The notes beneath the pieces were generated by a model. That model did not search any database. It saw nothing but the letters and a program-made list of their open reading frames with translations, and was not told where the DNA came from. From contig CAWKPH010000001.1 of assembly GCA_963851445.1 (NCBI GenBank), forward strand, positions 297,363 through 361,362: DNA of 64,000 nt. Reading direction: 5' to 3'. The translations under genes and the position numbers were made by a program. Position 1 is the first letter of the stretch. Each line of letters opens with the position of its first letter. Positions 1 to 9,669 of the stretch are shown one piece after another. Source of the stretch: an uncultured bacterium. Its GTDB lineage: Bacteria > Patescibacteriota > Minisyncoccia > Phycocordibacterales > Phycocordibacteraceae.

Positions 1-423
1 GCATCTGAGCGCTATCGCGATTCGACCGTTTCCGTGTTAGTACAAACACAAGATGGTTCTATAGTCGCACAAGCACAAACAACCGTCTCTCCCGTCGATC
101 CCATAACGCGCATATATGTAGATGACCCCCTTCTCGGGCCCCTATACAACAATGCACTATCGGGTACCGTTACTATGCCTGATGTAGAAGATACGTATCT
201 AGGTGTGCCGTATTATTTCTCTGAAGCACCCGCGCTTGAGTGGGATGTGAATGGAACAAATAGCGGAAGCTCTGGTGATCTAACCGTGCGCGCAACGGGA
301 AATGGTCCCGGAACTGCCGAGCTTTCCTTTACCGCAACACAAAGTGACACAACGCAAACAGCTAACAGCACTCTCGCGGTAAACTTCGGGCAATCATCTG
401 GGGGAGGATTCTTTGGCCTATGA
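1..423 (+). CDS. 5'-partial secreted protein (T/S-rich, Ig-like-looking); ORF stays open to the window start
   Basis: No stop codon in the frame between nt 1 and the first ATG at 34. Composition is typical of a surface protein. No catalytic motif recognised. Confidence 0.35.
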   Translation, partial: ASERYRDSTVSVLVQTQDGSIVAQAQTTVSPVDPITRIYVDDPLLGPLYNNALSGTVTMPDVEDTYLGVPYYFSEAPALEWDVNGTNSGSSGDLTVRATGNGPGTAELSFTATQSDTTQTANSTLAVNFGQSSGGGFFGL

Positions 424-1472
424 AAAAATATCTAACAATCCTCTTTTTTTTATGCGCTAGTTTCGGTATCGGAATAGCTGTTGTACACGCACAAGCCACA
501 TGTCCAAGTGGTTACACAATGGATGCTCTTGGCGGATGTGATCCCACCTCTTCTGTTGTTACCACAGGCGGGCCTGGCCAAGCCGCAGTACCGCTAAGCC
601 AAACGCCTACCGCGCAGACCTCTGGACCCGTGGCGCCCACAACTTCGGCGGCACCTACCCAACCAGCAGCAGGTGCGGGAGGTACTTCAGGTAACTTTGT
701 ACCTCTTACACAAATCCCAGCGATCAGCGCAATTGCATCAAATCAAAATCAGGGCCTGGCAAATTTTCTTCAGACACTTTATCAATATTGCATTGGCATC
801 GCTGCGGCACTTGCAGTTATTATGATCACCTGGGCAGGTCTTACTTGGATGTCAGCAGGAGATAATACAGAGCAAATAAGTCAGGCAAAAAAACGAATTC
901 AGGATGCTATTTTTGGACTTGTTCTCGTACTTTCACCAACCATTGTGTTCGGAATCATCAATCCGGGTGTCCTCAATGTCAACATAGGCCCTGACATTCA
1001 GAATCTTCAACCTTCGACAAATGGTTCGTCATTTACCCTCGATCCCTCAGTGGGAGATAATACGTGTAGCTTTAGTTGTTCCGCGGGATATATCTGTCAG
1101 CAGGGACAATGCGTTGCTAACACCAGTGCTATACCTGCAAATGCGGCACCTATTCCAAACGGAGGAGCGGCAGTTACGCCAGCCCAACAAGCGCAATGTG
1201 CACAGCAACCGGGATGCGCGGTAGGGGTTTCATCAACCATCAATCCCAATACTGGACTTCCTTCAGATATTTGTAGTTGTACTACTTCTACCATTCAATC
1301 CACAGGCCAAATAAATCCGGGTTGCTCTCCGATAGCTAATGGCGCCGTTCTCACCGATGATGGAAGTGGCCAACAATCAAGCTGTTGCATGCATCAGCCC
1401 GGGTATCAGGTGACCTCGCAGACTAACCCACAGACTCTCACAATGACCTATTATTGTACCCAAGGATCATGA
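420..1472 (+). CDS. Secreted/membrane protein with a TrbC/VirB2-like (T4SS-type) pilin module and a Cys-rich C-terminal domain
   Basis: N-terminal signal peptide (MKKYLTILFFLCASFGIGIAVVHA) followed by a P/T/A-rich linker. Two hydrophobic helices flank a conserved polar patch (AALAVIMITWAGLTWMSAGDNTEQISQAKKRIQDAIFGLVLVL), the hallmark of VirB2/TrbC-like pilins that are common in CPR genomes. C-terminal cysteine-rich region (CSFSCSAGYICQQGQC). Confidence 0.4.
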   Translation: MKKYLTILFFLCASFGIGIAVVHAQATCPSGYTMDALGGCDPTSSVVTTGGPGQAAVPLSQTPTAQTSGPVAPTTSAAPTQPAAGAGGTSGNFVPLTQIPAISAIASNQNQGLANFLQTLYQYCIGIAAALAVIMITWAGLTWMSAGDNTEQISQAKKRIQDAIFGLVLVLSPTIVFGIINPGVLNVNIGPDIQNLQPSTNGSSFTLDPSVGDNTCSFSCSAGYICQQGQCVANTSAIPANAAPIPNGGAAVTPAQQAQCAQQPGCAVGVSSTINPNTGLPSDICSCTTSTIQSTGQINPGCSPIANGAVLTDDGSGQQSSCCMHQPGYQVTSQTNPQTLTMTYYCTQGS

Positions 1473-2710
1473 AGCGCGCCCTTATTACCATTGCAATAAT
1501 CATTCTCATCATCGGTACCGTTGGTGCTATTTATTTCTTTTTCTTTTTGCCATCTGCGCCGCATCTTGCGGTAGGAAATCCGTTTGGTGATACGGGTTCA
1601 GGTACCGTTGGAAGTACCACCACTCCTACAGGAGAGGCTGCGCAAGGAGCGGGTACCCAAGTCGCACCAAACCTTGTTGAGATAACTGCAGGCCCGGTGG
1701 CAGAGGGTTTTGTGTCATTTGATGTCGCACCCACATTTTCGACAACCACTTCGCTCGAAGGTACTTCGACCAACGGTTCTACGATAGTTTCTTCATCTAC
1801 TCCGGGTGATGTAGAAATACGATACATCGATCGTGAAAGCGGAAACGTCTATGAATATGGTGCGCTCTCACGCACGCTTACGCGTCTATCAGATAAAACG
1901 CTTCCAGGAAGCCAACAAGCATCCTGGCTTTCTGACGGTTCGATCGCTTTTGTACGCTTTCTTGCTTCGGTTAATGGCTCCGAGGAGCTTAACACCTATG
2001 CACTTCCTTTTGATGGAAATGGAGGGTATTTTCTCCAGGAAGGTCTTGATGAAGCAGTGGTAACTCCCTCGAATACGCTCTTTACTCTCGAAGCGGGCAC
2101 GGATAGTTCTGTAGGAACGGTCATGCACGCTGATGGAACTAATTCTCAAACGGTATTTACATCGCCTCTTGCTGGCTTGCATGTATTTCCTACTGCAAAT
2201 GGATACATAGCTGCAACGAAGGCTGCTTCTGAGCTCCAAGGGTATGCCTTTACCATAGGTTCAACCGGAAGCTTTATTCCTATCCTGGGCCCACTTGATG
2301 GCCTTACTATACTTCCAAGCCCGTCAGGAAACCTAATTCTATACAGTTATACGGATGGAACAGAACTCCATATGGGTGTTCTTAACCTTTCTACAGGCTC
2401 TGAAACGCCGCTTCCTATTGCTACACTCGCTGAGAAATGTGTATGGACCTCTGATGAGAGTTCCCTTTACTGCGCGATTCCCACATCCTTTAACGGAAAT
2501 CTCCCTGATGATTGGTATCAAGGCGCTGTTTCGTTTAGTGACCGTATTTGGAATATCAACCTTAACAGCCGCCTCGCAACGCTCGTCCTTGATCCAACAT
2601 CTTCGGTGAAGAGTGGTATTGATGCAATAAGTCTTACGTTAGACGCAAATTCTCAGATACTGACATTTATGAATAAGAAAGATGGTTCGTTATGGGCCTA
2701 TACGTTGTAA
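1454..2710 (+). CDS. N-terminally membrane-anchored extracellular protein, unknown function
   Basis: One N-terminal TM helix, then a T/S/G-rich linker and a large beta-rich domain. No recognisable motif. Confidence 0.4.
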   Translation: MYPRIMKRALITIAIIILIIGTVGAIYFFFFLPSAPHLAVGNPFGDTGSGTVGSTTTPTGEAAQGAGTQVAPNLVEITAGPVAEGFVSFDVAPTFSTTTSLEGTSTNGSTIVSSSTPGDVEIRYIDRESGNVYEYGALSRTLTRLSDKTLPGSQQASWLSDGSIAFVRFLASVNGSEELNTYALPFDGNGGYFLQEGLDEAVVTPSNTLFTLEAGTDSSVGTVMHADGTNSQTVFTSPLAGLHVFPTANGYIAATKAASELQGYAFTIGSTGSFIPILGPLDGLTILPSPSGNLILYSYTDGTELHMGVLNLSTGSETPLPIATLAEKCVWTSDESSLYCAIPTSFNGNLPDDWYQGAVSFSDRIWNINLNSRLATLVLDPTSSVKSGIDAISLTLDANSQILTFMNKKDGSLWAYTL

Positions 2711-2715
2711 GATTT

Positions 2716-3486
2716 TTATTTCTTTGACTTTTGTGGAGGTAGGAGAGCAGCGGGTATGTTCGGCTTGAGTACAGTTCGCACGAGAAATTCTTGAAAAAGA
2801 GTGAAGAGGTTAGTGGTGATGAGATAGAGTGCAACTGCTCCTGAAGTGTAGGCGATGAAACCAAAGACGATGGGATAGACAAATCGCACCTGGAGCGCCA
2901 TGGCACGTCCGAATTCAGCCTGCATCGAATCGGGGGTAGCACCTTTGGGTTGTTTTGGCGGAATTGGAAAAGAGAATTGTGCTTGGAAGAACTGCGTCGC
3001 TGCAGTAATGAGCGCAAGTAATATGTTTGGCTTTGAAAGTAGGAATATTCCAAGGAAAAGTGGTGAGAGTACAGAAGGTGCGTGTACAAACGAGTACATG
3101 AGCATGGTATTCACAGTCGTAAGCGACTCGTGACGAACCATAAAGTAGAGCGAGAAGAGAATTGGAAGTTGGATGAATAGCGTCAATATACTCGCAAAAG
3201 GCCGTACCTTGTATTTCTTATAGAGCGCGAAGGTTTCTCTGGCTTGTTTTTCTTTATCGTCCTTATATTTATCTTGGAGGGCTTTAATTTCTGGATTAAT
3301 CGCCTGCATGACACGCTGCGTCTGTACGGCGGAAAGTGAAAGTGGAAATATGATTAGCCGTACGATGAGTGTCACACAAATGAGTGCGAGCCCCACATCG
3401 CTGTGCGGCATAAGGCCCGCAAGAAAAACGAGGAGGTTGTAGATCGGTATGTAGAGAATCGTGTGGAAGAACGTAATAATTATCAT
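2716..3486 (-). CDS. yidC: Membrane protein insertase YidC (short form)
   Basis: Multi-TM protein with the conserved YidC/Oxa1 core. Classic position next to rnpA-rpmH. Confidence 0.8.
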   Translation of the reverse strand: MIIITFFHTILYIPIYNLLVFLAGLMPHSDVGLALICVTLIVRLIIFPLSLSAVQTQRVMQAINPEIKALQDKYKDDKEKQARETFALYKKYKVRPFASILTLFIQLPILFSLYFMVRHESLTTVNTMLMYSFVHAPSVLSPLFLGIFLLSKPNILLALITAATQFFQAQFSFPIPPKQPKGATPDSMQAEFGRAMALQVRFVYPIVFGFIAYTSGAVALYLITTNLFTLFQEFLVRTVLKPNIPAALLPPQKSKK

Positions 3487-3824
3487 GAAATGGGAGTTGG
3501 GTGAGTGAGTCGATTGAGTAGTGTGTGAAGTTCGCCAGAGAGTTCGGTAAAAGAGAGTGCGCTGCTACCTTCTCGAGCATACACGATTAGTGAGCCCTCT
3601 GGGACATCCACCGCTCGTATAACTTCGCTTACGCGGCGCTTGAGGAGGTGGCGTTTGACCGCGCTCTTCTCTATTTTTTTTGAGATAACTATAGCTGAAC
3701 CACTCTTTTCAGTCTTTCGAATAAACACGATAGAAAAGTGAGTACTGGCAAGGCGTTTTGTGTCTGCCGTATGAGAAACAGCCTCAAAATCAGCCCTTTT
3801 AAGCCGTTCCCGGCGCTCTGCCAT
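3483..3824 (-). CDS. rnpA: Ribonuclease P protein component
   Basis: Basic 113-aa protein with the KRHLLKRR-type RnpA motif. Lies between rpmH and yidC. Confidence 0.75.
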   Translation of the reverse strand: MAERRERLKRADFEAVSHTADTKRLASTHFSIVFIRKTEKSGSAIVISKKIEKSAVKRHLLKRRVSEVIRAVDVPEGSLIVYAREGSSALSFTELSGELHTLLNRLTHPTPIS

Positions 3825-3826
3825 GG

Positions 3827-3964
3827 TTATACCGTGAGGGCTGCACGGCCCTTGCGGCGACGGCGCTGGAGCACTTTCTTGCCACCAGGAGTAGCACTGC
3901 GTACGAGAAAGCCGTGCGTTGTCGCGCGTTTTCGTTTCTTTGGTTGATAGGTTCGTTTTGGCAT
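3827..3964 (-). CDS. rpmH: 50S ribosomal protein L34
   Basis: [45 protein letters not shown]. The true start is the internal ATG at 3964; the six-frame ORF is extended upstream. Confidence 0.85.
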   Translation of the reverse strand: MPKRTYQPKKRKRATTHGFLVRSATPGGKKVLQRRRRKGRAALTV

Positions 3965-3980
3965 GGTCAGAATAGATGCG

Positions 3981-3989
3981 TTATCCACA
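3981..3989 (+). promoter_or_regulatory. Consensus DnaA box TTATCCACA in the rpmH-dnaA intergenic region
   Basis: Perfect 9-mer located 92 nt upstream of the dnaA start. Confidence 0.5.
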
Positions 3990-4080
3990 GGATAGTAACA
4001 GGTTGCATGAAAGTGTGCAAGAAATAGCCTGATTTTTCTTTTGCTGTTGCGCGAGCACAAAGACAGGTATACTACCCCTC

Positions 4081-5445
4081 ATGGAACGAACTATGGATCG
4101 AACTGATCCACATGAACTTTGGGAACAAGTGCTTACGCAAGTCGAACTTTCAATTTCTCCCGCTAATTTCAACACCTGGTTCCGTGATAGCTCCATAATC
4201 AAGATCGAAGATGGGATCGTCCATGTAGGCGTACCGAGCCAATTCTTCCGGGATTGGTATCTCAAGAAATTCAATTCTCTTCTTTTGAGGATAATCCGTG
4301 GTGTTTCTTATGAATATCGTAATATCGAGTACCAAATTGTTAAGGATGTGGCTCGAAAAGCCAAGGAAATGCGACGCCCCGCGGTCCGACCAACTATGGA
4401 GATGCCGCTCGACGAATTCTATATAAACAAAAGTGATAATCTGAATCCTCGTTACACATTTGATACGTTTGTAGTCGGTTCTTTCAACGAACTTGCCTAC
4501 ACCGCCGCACAGGCAGCTATACGACGTCCAGGAATTACCTATAATCCATTCTTTATTTACGGTGAGACGGGTCGAGGCAAGACTCATCTAATCCAGGCGA
4601 TAGGAAACCAGTACAAGAAACTCTACCCTAATCGTAAGGTTTTTTATCTCACATCTGAGAAATTCGCTATTGATTATACGGATTCTCTCCAGGCAGGAAC
4701 CACAAATCGATTTAAGGAAAAATATCGCCAATATGATCTCTTGATTATGGACGATGTGCAGTTTCTTTCGAAGAAAGAAAAGACTGAGGAGGAACTTTTC
4801 CATCTTTTTAATACCTTATATGACAATAACAAGCAGATTATCTTCTCCTCTGACCGTCCGCCAGCTTGCAATTGCAGATATCGCGGACCGACTCAAGGGA
4901 CGCCTCGCAAGTGGTATGACTATTGATATCGGTGAACCTGATCGCGAGTCGCGGATGATGATTGTTCGTAAAAAAGCGGCACAAAATGGTGTCATCCTTT
5001 CTGATGAGGTTGTTGAGTATGTTGCGAGTTCGGTTTCAGGTAGTATCCGTGAGCTTGAGGGAGTATAAACTCGATCGTTTGTCACACACAAATGAAGGGT
5101 ACTCCGCCTGACATCGCGGAAATTCGTCAATCGCTTCGCTCTTTCTCACGTCCACAAAAAACAGTTTCAGTTAAGCATGTTGTTTCAAAGGTTGCTGAGT
5201 TTTATGGAATTGATGAGGAGAGTATTTATGAGAAGACACGTAGAAGGGAAGTGGTGCGTCCACGCCAGGTGATTATGTATATCCTTCGTGAAGATTTCAG
5301 TGTTTCGTATCCAACCATCGGAAATAAGCTGGGGGGTCGTGATCACACGACCGTCATTCACTCCTGTGAAAAAGTTAAGAGCGAAATAGCAACTGATACT
5401 GAACTTGCTAAAGAAATACAGGATATTCGTACGCTTTTAGTTTGA
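4081..5445 (+). CDS. dnaA: Chromosomal replication initiator DnaA; the reading frame is broken by two compensating frameshifts (sequence error or pseudogene)
   Basis: Frame 1 carries the N-terminal domain and AAA+ core (GETGRGKTHL, DDVQFLSKKEKTEEELFHLFN, SSDRPP) but ends in nonsense at 4926. Frame 2 (about 4862-5068) carries ...QLAIADIADRLKGRLASGMTIDIGEPDRESRMMIVRKKA...SIRELEG. Frame 1 resumes at about 5059 (GSINSIV...) and carries domain IV (PRQVIMYILRE...GGRDHTTVIHS). Shift 1 lies in ccgccagc at about 4858-4864. Shift 2 lies in a ggg run at about 5057-5061. Confidence 0.85.
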
Positions 5446-5736
5446 TTTTTGTTTTACTAGGGTAGAATTATTATCCTTTCTCTTTGTGGTGGATAACTAT
5501 GGGGATAAGTAGCTGCATATTGTGTGTGAATTAAGTGTATAAGTCTGGAAAAACTCTTAGCAGACTGTTGGGAAGTTTTGAGCATATTGTATTTACTCAC
5601 AGGTTGTCATATAAATCATCTGGAATTCTTAGAGTTTTCAACAAGATAGCCAAAGGTATCCAAGCTATTTGAAACCATATATACTAGAGATATTAGAGTT
5701 TTCCACTAATCCACAGCCCTAATAGTATATGTATTT
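5446..5736. other. Candidate oriC: AT-rich dnaA-dnaN intergenic region with DnaA-box-like 9-mers
   Basis: About 30% GC. Contains GTGGATAAC, TTATCCCC (reverse) and TAATCCACA-type boxes. Canonical position between dnaA and dnaN. Confidence 0.4.
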
Positions 5737-6837
5737 ATGATTATTTCTGTAGATAAAAAAGAATTCGCGGAGGCTGTGGGGAGTGTATCCCGTTTTGCAG
5801 AACGACGATCAACAACATTACCGGTTCTTGCAGGGATAGTTATTGTTGCAGGTGACGATGGAATAAAATTACGCGCAACAAACTTGGAGAGTGGTATTGA
5901 GCGAAAAGTAAACGGAACTATAAAAGATCCTGGGGTTGTGGCGCTCCAAGCAAATACACTTCGCGAAATTACTTCTTCATTTACAGGTACAGGAACAATC
6001 ACTCTAGAGCATGCTGGTGATACAATCGTTATTTCCTCTGGAACGGGCCGTAGCACTCTTAAAACACTTCCGTATGAAGACTTCCCTGTTTTGCCATTTC
6101 CCGATGCCTCACACGCAAAATTTTCAATTCTTGGAAGTCAATTAAAAACACTTATTAGTACTGTTGCTTCATTTGCGTCACCCTCAACTGTGCGACCAGA
6201 ACTTGGTAGTGTTCTTATTTCTGCAGAAGGAGGATCGATTAAAGCAGTTGCTACCGATTCATTTCGATTAGCCGAGAAAAAATTACCTCTTTCTGGCACT
6301 GTTACCCCATTTTCGCTTCTTATTCCAGCAAAAAATGCACTTGATATTATGCAAGCGCTTCCAGACGACACTATAGAAGTTCGTAGTGACGAGCATCAAT
6401 GCGCTTTTTCCTGGAATATGGGCATGATTACCACACGCCTCGTCACCGTTTCGTATCCAGACTATACACAAATCATCCCCAAAGCCTTTATTTCAGAATT
6501 AACGCTACTACGAAAGGACCTTGAATCAGTACTCAGGCGATCCGCGGTCTTTTCTGACTCATTTCAGAAAGTACGATTTTCTTTTTCGCCGGGAGAAAAA
6601 CAGTTGACGATGCGCGCACAAAACAACGATGTAGGTGAATCATCTGAATCCCTTACAGCATCAGGAACGGGGGAGAGTATTGAACTTTCTTTCAATCATC
6701 GATACGTAGGTGCACCACTCCCACTATTAACCACCGAAAGCATAACTCTTTCTGCGAGTGGTATTGGGCGCGCTATGATAATGAAAGGAGTTGGCGACGC
6801 CTCGTTTCTATATCTTGTAATGCCAATGAATCAATAA
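5737..6837 (+). CDS. dnaN: DNA polymerase III beta sliding clamp
   Basis: 366 aa with three-domain clamp architecture. Immediately follows dnaA. Confidence 0.85.
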   Translation: MIISVDKKEFAEAVGSVSRFAERRSTTLPVLAGIVIVAGDDGIKLRATNLESGIERKVNGTIKDPGVVALQANTLREITSSFTGTGTITLEHAGDTIVISSGTGRSTLKTLPYEDFPVLPFPDASHAKFSILGSQLKTLISTVASFASPSTVRPELGSVLISAEGGSIKAVATDSFRLAEKKLPLSGTVTPFSLLIPAKNALDIMQALPDDTIEVRSDEHQCAFSWNMGMITTRLVTVSYPDYTQIIPKAFISELTLLRKDLESVLRRSAVFSDSFQKVRFSFSPGEKQLTMRAQNNDVGESSESLTASGTGESIELSFNHRYVGAPLPLLTTESITLSASGIGRAMIMKGVGDASFLYLVMPMNQ

Positions 6838-6842
6838 AATCT

Positions 6843-7094
6843 ATGGATTCTCTAAGCAATCTCCTACTCAAATATCATATTCCTGGAGTTAGAGCTGCTG
6901 AAAACCGGCGTATTTGTGTTGAAGAGATTAGTGCACTAAGCGGAGTTCCCGTCACCTCAAAACAGGTGCAATACAAAAACGAAACATTGTTTCTTAGCGT
7001 TTCCCCTGTCCTAAAATCAGCACTATATCTGAAACAAGTAGAACTCAAACAAAAACTTCTAGATCGAGGCGTCTTAATTAAATCTTTTAAATAG
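6843..7094 (+). CDS. DUF721-family small protein (possible DciA-type helicase loader)
   Basis: 83 aa directly after dnaN. The C-terminal pattern TLFLSVSPVLKSALYLKQVELKQKL resembles DUF721. Confidence 0.45.
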   Translation: MDSLSNLLLKYHIPGVRAAENRRICVEEISALSGVPVTSKQVQYKNETLFLSVSPVLKSALYLKQVELKQKLLDRGVLIKSFK

Positions 7095-9336
7095 AAGAAG
7101 GCAGGGTAGTAGTTGTGGTGGTAATAGGAGTTGTCGAACTTATTGTAGTGGTTCCAAGAGAGTTTGCTCCTGCTCCAGCAAGCCACTGCTGGAGAGGATA
7201 CTCCCAGTATGCGTATTGGGGATCGCTTGCGGGATTTGCCGGAGGCCCAGCAAGAGGGTTGTTCCTTTGCACCCAGTACAAAAGTTCATGAATAGCGATA
7301 GTGCCGTTTGAAAGTGGCACTTGATAGATACCCTTCAAAACATCTGGCGCATTCGTTGGTATTGCTCGCGGCGCACCAAAGTACTCGACTGGATATTTCG
7401 CAAGAGCCACCTGCATGAAGGCATTCCACATCGGAGCGACAATATATCCTGCAATGTTTTTTACCATAGGAGTATTGTCGTTATTTCCAGCCCAGGTTCC
7501 AACGGCAATACTTGGGGTATATCCAATAGTCCATGCGTCACGCGAATCATTTGTGGTACCTGTTTTTGCGGCAACGTCATATCCTGGGAAATAGAAAGGA
7601 TTCACCGGAGGATACTCAGGTTGACGGGCGGCGTTGTTCGAGAGCATTGAGTTCATATCGTTTGCAACACCCGGATCAAGCACTTGTGCTGGATGCGGCG
7701 TGTACTGCTCAAGTACGGTCCCCTGAGGGTCAGTGATTTTTAGGATGCCCGTTGGAGGATTATAGACGCCATCATTAGCAAATGTTGCATATCCAGAAGT
7801 GAGATCAATAAGCCGCACATCTGCAGCACCGAGCGCAAACGAAAGCCCATATGAACTCGCAGGCCCAAGTGTAGTGATGCCCATACTCGTCGCAAGATTG
7901 ATGACGTTTTGTATGCCGGCAAGATAGAGAACCTTAACGGCAGGAACATTGATAGATTGCGCAAGCGCCGTGGTGAAAGTCATTGGCCCACGAAACATCC
8001 CATCATAGTTCACAGGGGCGTAACAAGGGGGCGTGTCGTTATAATTATCGCTTGGAGAACACGAGGTAGAGAACTGCGTTGGGAGATCCCAAATCACCGT
8101 TTCGGGGGTATACCCCTCGTTTAGTGCTGTCGCATACACAAAGGGTTTAAAGGAGGACCCTGGCTGACGAAGTCCAAGTGTTGCGTTATAACTTCCATCA
8201 ATTGTTGTATCAAAGTAATTGCGTGAACCAACCATGGCGAGTATCTGACCTGTCTTAGGGTCTATTGCTATGAGTGCTGCGTTACTTGCATTGAATGTTT
8301 TAGTGTTCGAAGCCGCATACTGACTCACAATAGATTGTGCCGCGTTTTGGAGACTCGTATCGAGTGTCGTAATGACTGTGAGCCCCTGATCTGCCACATT
8401 CGCGCCGTACTTATCCTCAAGATATTGTTGAATGTAAAAGACGAAATGTGGTGCGATGATCGAACTATCCTGCGGCGGATTGAATTTCACATTTTCATTA
8501 ACCGCTTGCTGGTACTGCGCGTCAGTAATATACCCATACTTTTTCATATTAGACAGTACAAGATTTTTACGATCTGTAAGCGCCGCCACGTTGTTGCCGT
8601 ACGGGGAATAGTACGTTGGTGACTGAGGGAGCGCGGCTAGATATGCGGCCTGGGCAAGGTCGATAGCATCCGCATCAACGCCGAAATACGAGCGGCTTGC
8701 CGCCTCAACGCCGTATAAATTACCACCATAAGGCGCGCTATTAAGATATAGGGCAAGAATTTCAGGCTTGGTATAGCGCTGCGCAAGTTTCCATGCAAGT
8801 ATCCACTCCTGCATTTTCCGAATGATACTCTTTTGTTGTGTGAGAAGACTATTCTTAACGACTTGCTGTGTCAGCGTCGAGCCACCTTCAACGAAACTAC
8901 GATTGATTATATCGACATACAATGAGCGGAGGATTGCGGTAAAAGAAATTGCGCCGTGCTGATAGAAACCCGCATCCTCAATAGAAATGGTTGCTTCTTG
9001 GATATAGGGCGTAGTACTTGCAAGGGGCACCACCTCCTGCTGAACATTCGTGTTCAGGTCGTAGAGAAGTGTCTGTCCCGTACGATCATAGATGCGCGTA
9101 GATTGCGCCGGCTGCTGCTCGATAAATGCATTTACATTAGGAAGAGGTGTGAAGGCTACCCACAAAAGTATGCCCGCAACAGCAATGAGACCAAGACCCG
9201 CAAGCACAAAAAATATTTTGAGTATCGGATGTGGATTATGAAAGAAGTCTTGGAAAAGACCTTGTCGACTCCGGGGCTTTTTTGGTGCAAAAGGATCTTT
9301 AGCCATACTTCCCAAAGGGCAAGTGAATATATACAA
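7087..9336 (-). CDS. Class A penicillin-binding protein (transglycosylase + transpeptidase, PBP1A-type)
   Basis: GT51 motifs (EDAGFYQHGAISF, GGSTLTQQ) and transpeptidase motifs (SSFKPF, SxN, KTGT). N-terminal TM anchor. The start is probably the ATG at 9306 (MAKDPF). Confidence 0.85.
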   Translation of the reverse strand: MYIFTCPLGSMAKDPFAPKKPRSRQGLFQDFFHNPHPILKIFFVLAGLGLIAVAGILLWVAFTPLPNVNAFIEQQPAQSTRIYDRTGQTLLYDLNTNVQQEVVPLASTTPYIQEATISIEDAGFYQHGAISFTAILRSLYVDIINRSFVEGGSTLTQQVVKNSLLTQQKSIIRKMQEWILAWKLAQRYTKPEILALYLNSAPYGGNLYGVEAASRSYFGVDADAIDLAQAAYLAALPQSPTYYSPYGNNVAALTDRKNLVLSNMKKYGYITDAQYQQAVNENVKFNPPQDSSIIAPHFVFYIQQYLEDKYGANVADQGLTVITTLDTSLQNAAQSIVSQYAASNTKTFNASNAALIAIDPKTGQILAMVGSRNYFDTTIDGSYNATLGLRQPGSSFKPFVYATALNEGYTPETVIWDLPTQFSTSCSPSDNYNDTPPCYAPVNYDGMFRGPMTFTTALAQSINVPAVKVLYLAGIQNVINLATSMGITTLGPASSYGLSFALGAADVRLIDLTSGYATFANDGVYNPPTGILKITDPQGTVLEQYTPHPAQVLDPGVANDMNSMLSNNAARQPEYPPVNPFYFPGYDVAAKTGTTNDSRDAWTIGYTPSIAVGTWAGNNDNTPMVKNIAGYIVAPMWNAFMQVALAKYPVEYFGAPRAIPTNAPDVLKGIYQVPLSNGTIAIHELLYWVQRNNPLAGPPANPASDPQYAYWEYPLQQWLAGAGANSLGTTTISSTTPITTTTTTLPSSI

Positions 9337-9351
9337 ATCTTATCACGAGAA

Positions 9352-9382
9352 GCCCTAGGATGAACGAAATTCATCCTAGGGC
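9352..9382. terminator. Perfect 12-bp stem / 7-nt loop hairpin between the acidic ORF and the PBP gene
   Basis: GCCCTAGGATGA acgaaat TCATCCTAGGGC. No strong U-run, so a terminator role is uncertain. Confidence 0.3.
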
Positions 9383-9405
9383 TCCATCACCCTCGAACAA
9401 AACTA

Positions 9406-9585
9406 CTAGACCGCTAAATCGTCGTCCTCATCAGTAGTGAAACCACTGTCAAGGATTTTTTTATCGTCATCCGTATCAAATTCATCATCTTCATCCTCGA
9501 GATCGAGATCATCCTCATCTTCGTCATCAGTCGGAAGCAAAGGACCTCCGTCCTCATCGAATTCCTCTGGATCAAAATCGGCCAT
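9406..9585 (-). CDS. Small, extremely acidic protein (D/E about 50%), unknown function
   Basis: MADFDPEEFDEDGGPLLPTDDEDEDDLDLEDEDDEFDTDDDKKILDSGFTTDEDDDLAV. The opposite-strand ORF is poly-Ser low complexity, so this strand is the more plausible one. The start (GTG at 9618 or ATG at 9585) is ambiguous. Confidence 0.35.
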   Translation of the reverse strand: MADFDPEEFDEDGGPLLPTDDEDEDDLDLEDEDDEFDTDDDKKILDSGFTTDEDDDLAV

Positions 9586-9669
9586 AGTACGTAAATTAAT
9601 TCGGTTAATTCTCGCCACAGCGAGGGCGACCCTCTATATGTAACAAACTATTCGGACTTTGCAAGATAG

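Noticed and set aside
1021-1294. Short ORFs 1021..1224 (+) and 1097..1294 (-) inside the pilin-like gene
   Set aside because: Fully nested in or antisense to a longer, compositionally coherent gene. The translated sequences are low-complexity with no RBS context.
9437-9643. Plus-strand ORF encoding a poly-Ser protein, antisense to the acidic ORF
   Set aside because: Pure low-complexity mirror of the D/E-rich frame on the other strand. The acidic frame is the more protein-like of the two.
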